A stretch of DNA of 64,000 nucleotides. It comes from Somniosus microcephalus. Its lineage: Eukaryota. The notes under the pieces are model-generated. The model was not told the origin of the DNA. It was given only the letters and a program-made list of their open reading frames with translations, and did not search any database. Shown here piece by piece: positions 12,700-23,339 of this stretch. Location: contig CM126202.1 of the NCBI GenBank assembly GCA_052327205.1, positions 385,640,001 to 385,704,000 on the forward strand, given 5' to 3'. The position numbers and the translations under genes were made by a program. How positions within the stretch are numbered: the stretch's first letter is position 1; each line of letters starts with the position of its first letter.

Positions 12700-13097
12700 T
12701 CCTCTCCAGAGACTTGAGCACAAAAATCTAGGCTGACACTCCAGTGCAGTACTGAGGGAGTGTTGCACTGTCGGAGGTGCCGTCTTTTGGATGGGACGTT
12801 AAACTGAGGCCCTCCTCAGGTGGACGTAAAAGATCCAATGGCACTATTTTGAAGAGGAGCAGGGGAGTTATCCCCGGTGTCTTGGCCAATATTTATCCCT
12901 CAATCAACATCACATGAAACATATTATCTGGTCATTATCACATTGTGGGAGCTTGCTGTGCACAAATTGGCTGTTGCGTTTCCTACATTACAACAGTGAC
13001 TACACTTCAAAAAGTACTTCATCAGCTGTAAAGTGCTTTGGGACGTCTGGTGGTCGTGAAAGGCACTATATAAACGCAAGTCTTTCTTTTCTTTTTC
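12700..13097 (+). mobile_element. DeuSINE / SacSINE1-like SINE
   Basis: GGCTGACACTCCAGTGCAGTACTGAGGGAG..GTAAAAGATCCAATGGCACTATTT core and L2-derived tail AAAGGCACTATATAAACGCAAGTCTTTCTTT. Confidence 0.75.
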
Positions 13098-14633
13098 TCT
13101 ACAAAAAGTTTCAAACAACCAATAAAACTACTGCCTGCTGCCACATCTGCTCCTGTGCACAGCCCTGGTGGTGTGGTTAAGATGAGAGATGTGCACTGTG
13201 AGGAACTAAAGCTGTAAATGCAAGTTCTACACCTTCCATGGGATACTATGTTGGAATATCAACAGTCCTTGTGGTCTCATTTTATTTCTCTCTTTCCCTT
13301 GTTTGTACCTACAATACTCCAGATGTTATTTTGTTCCTTTTTGTATTCAACTTCCTTTTCATTATTTCTCCAAATCAATTTGCACTTCTTTTTCCCCCCT
13401 CTCATTTTAATTTAAATGTAATCATTTTCTTGCTCAATGTATTTTTTAAAAACAGAACACTAACTCACTTCTTTGATGAATGTTAATAAATTGTAAGCCA
13501 TGGTTCAACAAAGTTCTTTTAATAAAAGAGTTAGCAAATACATCAGTTTACTAATGACAACCAAGCACTAAAAAGCAATAAAAATTTAAATGAGAAACAA
13601 GATTTACTAAGAAAATGAATCTGCTCATTTAGTTAATATATTTACAGTGCAAAGAGTGAAAACTAAAGAGCTAGGTTCTATTTAACTTAAAATAGATCAA
13701 CTGTGCAAATGCAATCAGCAATTAATCTTTTTTCACTTTTATAATTGGATTAGGTTCAGACATAGCATATTCTTTGTATTATGCAGTTAGATGAAAGGTG
13801 TTGCAATTCACTGCAAATACTGTACTATCGTAAAATTCAGTCAAATAACCAGCTGAGAGAACGTCTACAATCTTAAATTGTTTTTCTATTATACCTGTAT
13901 TAATTGAGGTCTTGAGTGTAGCTGTGTTCCTGCAATATTTTAAATTAAATGCATTCTCTTTACAGAGGGAATTAGCATTGAAGCACAAAGAGTCTCAAAT
14001 AGCTGGGATACAGAGTGACACTCAAACCAAAACCAATTATATAGGATTGCTTTTTGAGAAAAAAAGGCAAGGGAACAAAAAGCCGAGTCGATGCAGAGAT
14101 GACCACACAAGACTGACAAGGGTATGTTTTAAGAACCGCAGGGCACATTTCTGACAATACTAGATTTCAAGGATCTTAGTGCACTTAAAATGTGACCTTT
14201 GTAAGATTTAACTGAGGTGAAGGAGAGGCCATTATATCTCTCCCAACATCTACTCTAGCATTCTAGGCAAGTGACATTGGGTTACAGCACGGACGTATAG
14301 AACAGGTTTTGAAAGCAAGATTTAAAAAAAAGAGACTCAGGAACTCCCAAACCCCGCTGCATTTGATCTTTTTTATTTTGATTTCAACTTTTCCCTTTGG
14401 CAAAAATAATTATAAAATAATCTTAAAGCATACATAAATTCAGGAACACCAGTTGTAACTTGTTCTTAAATTTTGACTTTGCATCTATCGTTACTCACAA
14501 CATTCAACAGATTCTCTCTCTGCAAGAGGGGATGGGAAGCATTATTAATTCGTGTCTGTAATTCAGATTTAATAGTTCATACAATGCCCCAACAAGTTAC
14601 ACAATTAACCCAAGAGATAGGCTATATATGGAA

Positions 14634-15829
14634 CTAGCTGAAGTGCCCGGCGGTGCCGAGGCTTTTTCGAGGGCATGTTGTTGTTGGAAGAGAGAGCGAT
14701 CGACTGGGGGGGGGGGGGGGGGGGGGGGGGGGAAGAGAGAAAGAGAGAGCGCGACTGGGGGGGGGGGGGGGGGGAAAGAGAGAGAGGGGAGGGCGGGGGG
14801 GGGGGAAAAGGGAGGGCAGGGGGGGGGAAGGGAGGGCGGGGAGAAGGGCGGGGAAGGGAGGGAGGGGGCCCCCCCCCCAGGGTCGCGCGCCCCCTCCCCC
14901 CAAGGTGAAGACCGCCGATTGCGCGCGCAGCAGGAGCTGAGACGCGGCGTCTCTCTCTGGCTCGGCCGGCGGGCCCGGTTGCCAGGGTAACCGTGACGCT
15001 GACCAAGCCCCGCCCCCCGGCCGAGCCAGAGAGAGAGACGCCGCGTCTCAGCTGCTCCTGCTGCGCGCGCCCCCCCCCCCCCCCGGAGGTGAAGACCGCC
15101 GATTGCAGCTGTGCGAGACGTCCGGCGGGCCCGGTTGCCAGGGTAACACTGGACGCTCAGCAAGCCCCGCCCCCCGGCCGAGCCAGAGAGAGACGCCGCG
15201 TCTCAGCTCCTGCTGCGCGCGCACCCTAGCGGCGCTGGGCTGAGGCTCGGCCCTCCAGCCTTCGAGTGGGGCCGGGAGGTGCCTAGCTCGGGCGTGGGTG
15301 CAGAGGAGACGCCGAGGCTTCTAGGCCTACCTGGAAAAACGGGGAATGGTAGGAAAATTAATGAGATTAGATAAGTTAATTACTTTCTAAATCATTTTTT
15401 TTTTTTTTTAAAAACAATGTCTTTTAAAAGCAACGTTTTTTTTTAAGACGCAGAAAGCGGGAAAAAGGAAAAGTTTGGAATCAAGATGGCGGCGACTCAC
15501 CTCGGTTCACAAGGATAAGGCCCGGCCACACACGCACCGATTGGCCCGGCGGCACACGCCAGCAACCCGGTGTACGATTGGTCGAGCTCGAGGTCACTCT
15601 GTCGCTAATGAGCGGATAATGAGATGCTAATGAGCGGAATGTTAAGGTTTTTGGGATACCGCGGGCGCGATTTTAGCCCGGCCGAAACGTAAATACGCTT
15701 AAAACCATCTCGGAAGCGTAAGCTTTCTTTGGAGGTAACGCGCGCGTAGGTACGCCCTGTAACTTTCGAGCGCATACCCGACAGACGCACACGCGATGAC
15801 AGACAGAAGTACCGATTTATATATATAGA
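14634..15829 (-). mobile_element. Non-autonomous Helitron (1196 bp) with GC-rich cargo
   Basis: On the minus strand it starts A|TCTATATATATAAA..CTGTCTGTC and ends CCTCGGCACCGCCGGGCACTTCAGCTAG|T (GC hairpin + CTAG). It sits between A and T with no TSD, and the flanks rejoin to ATGGAA|TACC of the local minisatellite. Confidence 0.85.
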
Positions 15830-15997
15830 TACCAAACAGGAGGAGGGAAATCAAAAACAACCCCCAACAGGAGGAGAGAATCAACAACCCCAACAGAGAT
15901 ATAGATCCAGATGGAATACCCAACAGGAGGAGGAAATTAACAACCACCACCACCCCCAAACAGAGATATAGAGCTACATGGAATACCCAATAGAAGG
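15830..15997 (+). repeat. Degenerate minisatellite (AGAGATATAGA..ATGGAATACCCAACAGGAGGAGG..) split by the Helitron
   Basis: Unit recurs at about 15895 and 15962. A partial unit lies left of the Helitron (14614-14633). Confidence 0.7.
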
Positions 15998-16261
15998 CAG
16001 CAAATAACAATTTGCACTAATAATGCACTTTAATGTAAAGAAATATCTACAGAAAGATGGAAGTTGCTAGGGTGCAAAGGAGATTGGAAAGGAGGGAAAT
16101 GCAAAGTAGAGGCAGCTGCATAGGTGGTTTTGATCCTGCAGACAAAGAACTCCATGAGCTTGTTTCATTTGGTGTTTGCAGCATGGGTGGAGAGTTAATA
16201 TTATATTAAAAACATTGCGTGGTCTCAGAATTCCAGCAGTGAGTGACACTTTAAATAGAAT

Positions 16262-16791
16262 GGCCCAGAATTTGCTGTCAGCAGCGAAGCAACAACGCTT
16301 GCCGCTGACTCGAAGAAAGCTGCCTACAAAGATCCAGCAATCTCTGTCACGTGAATTTCAGCTCTCCCAACTTTAGATTGAATCTGGCGCCAAATCAAGT
16401 GAATCTCCAGCGTCCAGCAACAGTGATGTCATCAAACAGGCTAAGCAGCCAATCACATTGAAGAAGTCTCACAGGCAGCAAACCAGGAAGTAAACTGCAC
16501 AGGTTATAATTTATTTTTTTATAAATTTTGACAGAACAAAATAAAGATCGAGACATACACATAGGATTAAGATAGAAGCTGAATAGCAAACAAACTCTTA
16601 TAAATATATATGTATTAAAAGACATGTATATCTTACCATATTAAATGGAAAAATTTGACATTCCACAAACAATTATTTTTTTTCCGCGTTTATCTGCCGA
16701 TGCGCTGACTCCAGAAGTTGCCGTCACTTTCAGAGGAGTAATGAGGCGAATGCTGACAGTTTCGCCATCATTACTACCGCAAGATCCGGGC
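16262..16791. mobile_element. Harbinger-type MITE
   Basis: Imperfect TIRs GGCCCAGAATTTGC / GCAAGATCCGGGC with AAT/ATT flanks. Confidence 0.6.
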
Positions 16792-17959
16792 TATTGTTAT
16801 GTGGCAAGTTGAAAGCAATGGGGCATGAATTCACATTGCCTGACCACCCCAATCACAACCCTAAATAAGCTTCATTAACTGCTTTCTTAAAACAAGAGGT
16901 TGTGGCCTCCCTGGAGCCATTAAATAGAGCAGAAAGTACTATAAATAAACATCTGCGCTCAGAAATCAGTTTATTAAAAAAATCCTAAAATACATGTCTC
17001 AAAGTATTTGGGAGAATTCCTTAATGCCTGCCACGCACAGAGTATCAATTCAAAATGTGGTCTAGAAACCAGAAGTTAAAACAGAGGACGTGCCAAACGC
17101 AATGGCACCCAAGGAATGGAAAACGATGCAGAGAAAAAAACGTCGGAAGCTTTTGGCTTTGCAGCAGAGTACCCGTGTACAATCAATCAGAACTGAAAAT
17201 GAGTGGTGAATGTACATCACCTGCTATTAAAAAACCACCCTTAACCACTAAGCAAGAAACAATGAACCTCTACCCCTCTCTAAGCAGGAATCGCAGCTCT
17301 CCATCCCCCAAGGCAGAATTGCAACCCCGAGCAACAGCATCACGCACCCGACGAACAAGTTTCACCAAAATCTGCAATGCAGAGGGAACTGAAAGGGACG
17401 AACCGTAATATTCAATGGAAGAAGAAAATGGAAACCCCGAGTCAGAAGTATCTTTTTCATGGTAGGCTTAGAGTGATTATATTAAATACATACAAGTGAA
17501 GCAAGTGGTAAAGGTGCATAGAATTAAGTCAGCAAACATCCTTCTTCTGCTGAGCAAAAATAGCAACCCACCCCACTATTACTCAGCAAGAAACACCCAC
17601 CCCACCACCGAGCAAGAATCTCTCCCTCTCGCTGAGCAAGAATCAAAGAGACCGAGCAAAATAAAACAGCCAACAAGCAGCCTTCTCTCTGGATCACGAA
17701 AAAAGCTGAGAACCCCAGTTGAATGGCACATGAGCAGCAGAGGAGCCGTACAAACAGTGCAACCCCTCCAATGTTGCAATAGAAATCACGAACCCCCCCC
17801 CCCGCCGGTGAAGAAAACAAGGCACCCGCGTTACTCCACTGTGAGAAGATCTCCATCCCCCTCCACAGAAAGGAAATCAACCGAAACCTGGCTGCAAACT
17901 GGACAAGATAGGAAAATAAGCAAAAATATCAGAATATTTAGGAGGGATATAAAAGATAG

Positions 17960-18125
17960 GAAAGGAGAAAATATTGGTAAAGAGGGAATGCATGCTGTAG
18001 AGAGGGTTAATGATAAGATAAAAGAAAAGGACTTTTTAACATTAGTAGGGGTGTATTACAGACCTCCAAATTGCAGGAAGGAAATGCAAGAGGAAACCTG
18101 GAGTCAGATTACAAAGTTGAGTAGG
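17960..18125 (+). mobile_element. CR1 endonuclease fragment
   Basis: LTLVGVYYRPPNC at the end of ORF 17496-18143. Confidence 0.6.
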
Positions 18126-18128
18126 AAT

Positions 18129-18270
18129 CAACATTCCCACTAAGCTACGCAGTCATGCAGCTGTCTGCAGGTCCCGCGCAGCTCGGGTCCGGCTTTGCAA
18201 ATGGGAGATTTTGAATGAGCCACGCAGCCCGTTAAAGGGACCACGCACACAAAGTTAGGGGGAACATAGT
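18129..18270. mobile_element. Small hAT-like MITE
   Basis: Imperfect TIR CAACATTCCCACTAAG / AGTTAGGGGGAACATAG. No clean 8-bp TSD. Confidence 0.4.
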
Positions 18271-18772
18271 TATTCCTACCAAAGTTATTGCTGTGGAAAT
18301 TTCAATTATCCACTTATCGATTGTGACAGAAAAGGAGTAAATGGAATTCCCAAATGCGTAGAGGACTCCTTCCTCAAACAATAAGTTACTATGTGCAGAC
18401 TTCATTACAGCCTTGGCCCAAACATGGACACAAAAGCTGAATTCCAGAGGCAAGGTGAGAGTGACTACCCTCGACATCAAGGCATCATCCACATTCTCTG
18501 AGGAAAACTGGATTCAGCATTATTTGTTAGCCTTTAAGTTTGTTCAAATATTCCAGAGAGACATTAAAGAATTAATATCAACATCTTAAATAGAAAAAAA
18601 ATGTTGCCACCCTTCTGCAACTATTGTTGTGCAATTTATAATGAGGAGGAGTCAGGTTTTTTTAAATACTAGATCAAGCTCTTATATTTCGTACACAAGG
18701 AGTGGGAACATCATGTTCCCAAAGAACATGATAACAGAACACCCTAAATAGGCAAAAACTGCTAATACCATG

Positions 18773-19063
18773 TGATGTGCCTCAATGAATCCGAGACTCA
18801 ACGTTAATGGAGCAAAGCAAGGCTTTTATTAACTCAGAAAGTAATACACAGTGGAGAAGTGTCTCTCATCCAGAGATCTGCTGTACTGCCTGTGAGACAC
18901 GCTGGGGCCTGCTTAAGTAGGGGCCAGGTATGGGCGGAGCCCTACATACAATACAATACAAGTAAGGAAATGAAACTGAAACTAAACTCCCCTGCTTGTC
19001 AGTCACAGGCACAATCAAACACAGAGAATACAGAGTGCCTGATGAATGGCATATTTCATCACA
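18773..19063 (-). repeat. 3' LTR (291 bp)
   Basis: Direct repeat of 22804-23083; adjacent to the PPT. Confidence 0.95.
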
Positions 19064-19073
19064 TTCACCCCTT

Positions 19074-21891
19074 CTACAGATTTAGTCTGTTCGGGGGTTT
19101 GATAGTCCTCTGTGACCGACGTAGCTGTTGTGGTGCCGCGGGTGTCGGCTGGGTGTCCCCGGTGGCCTCCTGGGTCTCTGCCGGGGGCGCCGCCAGGGTT
19201 GTTGAAGGGGTAGTTGGTGGGGGCACCGTTGGGCGATGTTCTTCCAGGGATGATGAAAGGATAGTGGGTGGGTAAGAGTTGCTGTGATCGTTGTTGCTGT
19301 CATGGTTGTCGTCGTTACCGGCTGGGGCGACGTCTTTTATGGACACGGTGTCCTCCCTTCCGTCGGCGTGCCGGACATACGCGTATTGGGGGTTGGCGTG
19401 GAGTAGGTGCACTGACTCCACGAGAGGGTCCGTCTTGTGGCCCCTCACATGCCTTCGTACAAATACCGGACCTGGGGCGGCATGGATACGCCCGAGGTGG
19501 ATTTCCGGGGAAAGACAAACATTCGTTCATGAGGCGTGGCATTAGTGGCAGTACACAATAGCGACCGTATCGAATGGAGCACATCTGGGAGGACTTCCTG
19601 CCAGCGGGAGATAGGGAGGCCCTTGGTCCTTAAAGCTAGAGTGACTGCTTTCCATACTGTCCCGTTCTCTCGCTCCACCTGGCCGTTACCCTGGGGGTTG
19701 TAGCTGGTGGTACGGCTCGTGGCGATCCCCCTGGACAGCATGTACTGGCGTAGCTCTTCACTCATGAAGGACGCCCCCCTATCCGTATGGATGTAGCTCG
19801 GCATACCGAACAGGCTGTTGAGGCATTTAATGACCGTGGCACTGGTCATGTCTGGGCAGGGGAAGGCGAATGGGAAACGGGAGTATTCGTCCACAATGTT
19901 CAGGAAGTAAACATTGCGGTCGACTGACGGGAGGGGGCCCTTGAAATCTAAGCTGAGCCGCTCAAAGGGCCGTGTAGCTTTAAGTGGGCTCTATCTGGGC
20001 GGTAGAACCGAGGCTTGCACTCGGCGCAAGTGCGGCAGTTCCTGGTCAGAGACCGAACTTCCTCAATCGAGTAGGGTAAGTTGCGGGACTTTATGAAGTG
20101 GAACAGCCGTGTGACCCCTGGGTGGCAGAGGTCATTGTGGAGGGTCTGTAGCCGATCCCCGGTGGCGCTGGCACACATCCCTTGAGAGAGAGCGTCGGGG
20201 GATTCGTTAAGGGCCCCTGGCCGGTAAATGATGTCATACTCGAAGGTGGAGAGCTCGATCCGCCACCTGAGAATCTTATTTTTAATCTTCCCCTTCTGTT
20301 TATTATTAAACATAAACGCTACCGACCGCTGGTCGGTAAGTAGGGTGAAGCGTTTGCCGGCTAGGTAGTGGCGCCAGTGGCGCACTGCCTCCACGATGGC
20401 TTGGGCCTCCTTTTCCACGGAGGAGTGTCTGATCTCGGGCCCTTGGAGGGTCCTCGAGAAGAAAGCTACGGGCCGCCCCGCCTGGTTGAGGGTGGCCGCC
20501 AAGGCAAAGTCAGACGCATCACTTTCCACTTGAAAGGGAGTGTTCTCGTCCACTGCCTGTAGCGTGGCCCGTTCAATATCCCGCTTAATGCTTTTGAAGG
20601 CGGCGTGGGCCTCAGCAGAGAGCGGAAAGGAGGATGCTTTCAAGAGGGGGCGGGCTTTGTCGGAGTAGTTGGGGACCCATTGGGCATAAGAAAATAACCC
20701 CAGGCACCTTTTCAGGGCTTTGGGAGTGTTGGGCAGGGGCAGCTCCCGTAGGGGGCGCAATCGGTCGGGGTCTGGTCCGATTTCCCCATTCTCCACCACG
20801 CTGCCTAGTATGCAGAGGCGCGTGGTGTTGAAAACGCACTTGTCCTCGTTGTAAGTGAGGTTGAGTTTTTGTGCGGTTTTCAGGAACCTCTCGAGGTTCG
20901 AGTCGTGATCCTGCTGGTTGTGACCGCAGATGGTGACGTTGTCGAGGTAGGGGAAGGTTGCCTGCAAGTGGTGGTCATCAACCATGCAGTCCATCTCCCT
21001 CTGGAAGACCGAGACCCCATTGGTCACCCCAAAGGGGACTCTGAGGAATTGGTAGAGGCGTCCGTTTGCCTCGAAGGCGGTGTACGGGCGGTCCTCTGGT
21101 CTGATAGGGAGCTGGTGGTACGCTGACTTGAGGTCGATGGTGGAGAACACCCGGTATTGGGCAATTTGGTTCATCATTTCTGATATGCGGGGTAGCGGGT
21201 AGGCGTCTAGTTGGGTGTACATGTTGATCGTTTGGCTATAGTCGATCACCATCCGTTTCTTCTCGCTACCCCTCACCACCACCACTTGGGCGCGCCACGG
21301 GCTGTTGCTGCGTTCAATAACGCGCTCCCTCAGCAGCCTGTCCACCTCGGTCGCGATAAACCGCCTGTCCTCCCAGCTGTACCTCCTGCTTTTGGTCGCT
21401 ATTGGCCGGCAGTTGGGAGTAAGGTTCGCGAATAGCGAAGGCGGCTTTACCTTCAGGGTAGCCAGACCGCACACTGTGAGGGGCGGCTGGGACCCACCGT
21501 AATTGAGCGTGATGCTTTGGTGGTGGCACTGGAAATCCAGGCCCAAGATCACGCTCGCACATAGACTCTTCAGGATTAGTAATTTAAAATTATCGTATAC
21601 AGTTCCGTTAACGGACAATTGTACCGCGCAGTAACCCATAATGGTCGATGTCTGGGTTTTATCAGCCATAGAGATGGTGCCCCGAGCAGGGACCACCGTT
21701 AGAGAGAGTTGTTGTGCTAGTTCAGGGTGGATAAAACTCTCCGTGCTTCCACTGTCAATTAAACATTTAACCCCGCACCCATTTACCTTGATGTCCACCA
21801 TGGATTTGGATAGCGGGTGCGGTCTGGTCTGGTCTGGTCCACTGTGACCGATGCCACTGTAGGGCCCTGATCGAGACAAGATGGCGTCCAC
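19074..21891 (-). pseudogene. pol: Gypsy pol (protease, RT, RNase H, integrase), split into ORFs 19948-21891, 19445-19894 and 19074-19448
   Basis: LIDSGS, DLKSAYHQ, YLDN, ESDASD, H..H..CRTC zinc finger, DEYSRF..HTDRG..GQVER integrase core. Confidence 0.95.
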
Positions 21892-22777
21892 GCTGTCTGC
21901 TCACAAGATGGCGGACCCCACGAGGTCAGGCAAGATGGCGTCCAAGATGGCCGCTCCCACGGCGCACACGCGGCGGTGGCTGGTTTTCCAGCGGGGTTCC
22001 CTCTGCAAACCTTCCCGAAGTGCCCCTTCTTACCGCACTTAAAGCAGGTGGTGCCTTTCGCCGGGCACAGGTTTCTGGTGTGCTTCGGCTGCCCGCAGAA
22101 GTAGCAGTTGGGGCCCCGACGCGTCACGGCTGTCGTAGGGCTTCTGGGGGGAGGAGAGCGGGGCCCCGACGGTGTCGGGCTGGGAAGATGCCTTCCAAGA
22201 TGGCAGCGCCCTTGGTGCACACGTGGCGGCGTGGGCTGAAGAGTAGGCGTCCGAGTTTCTCTGGGCCACATCCAGGGATCGCGCTGTGTCCGCAGCCTGT
22301 TTGAGGTCCAATCCCGTTTTTTCCAGTAGTCTCTGCCGGATGTAAGTGGAGCTGAGGCCTGTGATAAAGGCATCACGAACAAGCTCGTCAGTGTACACTG
22401 CGGCTTTTACATCTTGGCACTTGCAGTCTTTGCCAAGCGTTTTCAGGGTGACTAGGAACTCATCCAGCAGGTCGCTGTGTGCGAGTAGCGAGCAGATGCC
22501 TAGCGTACACCTCGTTCGTAGGCTGCTGGTAATGCGCCTTTAGGATGTCGCAGGCGGCCGGGTACGTGTCGGCGTCTTGGATGAGGGGGTAAACCCGGTG
22601 GCTTACCCAATTCCGCAGGATTCCGAGTTTCATACTTTCAGCGTCCGTAGCGTCTGTGATGGCTGCGGAATTGTCCAGGAAGAATTCCATACACTTAAAC
22701 CAGTGTCCAAATCGTGCCGATGCGTCCGAAGCATGCGGGTCCAAATCCAAACGTTCGGGTTTCAAGAGTTGATCCAT
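21783..22777 (-). pseudogene. gag: Gypsy gag (frameshifted) with zinc knuckles
   Basis: MDQLLKPERLDLDP..., LVRDAFITGL..IRQRLLE, CYFCGQPKHTRNLC and CFKCGKKGHFGKVC, spread over three frames. Confidence 0.9.
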
Positions 22778-22803
22778 TGCGTTGAAAGTTGAGTTAATAA
22801 AAT

Positions 22804-23083
22804 TGATGTGCCTCAATGAATCCGAGACTCAACGTTAACGGAGCAAAGCAAGGCTTTTATTAACTCAGAAAGTAATACACAGTGGAGAAGTGTCTCTCAT
22901 CCAGAGATCTGCTGTACTGCCTGTGAGACACGCTGGGGCCTGCTTAAGTAGGGGCCAGGTATGGGCGGAGCCCTACACACAATACAGGTAAGGAAATGAA
23001 ACTGAAACTAAACTCCCCTGCTTGTCACAGGCACAATCAAACACAGAATACAGAGTGCCTGATGAATGGCATATTTCATCACA
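22804..23083 (-). repeat. 5' LTR (280 bp)
   Basis: Differs from the 3' LTR by 3 substitutions and 3 short slippage indels (5, 4 and 2 bp) on manual alignment. Confidence 0.95.
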
Positions 23084-23339
23084 CCATGGAGATTAAAAAT
23101 TAAAATAAAGTGGAGAACTTAAGTTGCAGCAAAATGTGTTGCAGCTTTTCTTGACACTATACAATTGCAAAAAGAAAAACTCAATCCACAGAAACCATTT
23201 TCTGAACTGTTATTTTGTGCTTTTAATATCTTCACTGAAGTCTTTACACAAAGGCCTCAGCCTCTCCATAAATCCTATACTCAAAAAGCAAGCCAATCTA
23301 ACCTGGCCAATTACCACCAATCATCTTCCTCAAAGTGAT

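Larger units (their letters stand above)
18773..23083 (-). mobile_element. Full-length Ty3/Gypsy LTR retrotransposon (gag-PR-RT-RH-IN, frameshifted)
   Basis: TG..CA LTRs, 5-bp TSD CCATG (18768-18772 and 23084-23088), PPT AGAAGGGGTGAA (19064-19075, minus), Gypsy domain order. Confidence 0.97.

Noticed and set aside
13779-13988. Possible coding exon of the minus-strand gene
   Set aside because: No recognisable domain and only a weak acceptor; cannot be supported without expression data.
14904-15223. CRISPR-like repeat-spacer pattern
   Set aside because: Eukaryotic context, only 2-3 units, non-unique spacers and no cas genes.
14597-15229. Pro/Gly-rich ORFs in many frames
   Set aside because: By-products of poly-G and GC-rich repeats lacking stop codons inside the Helitron.
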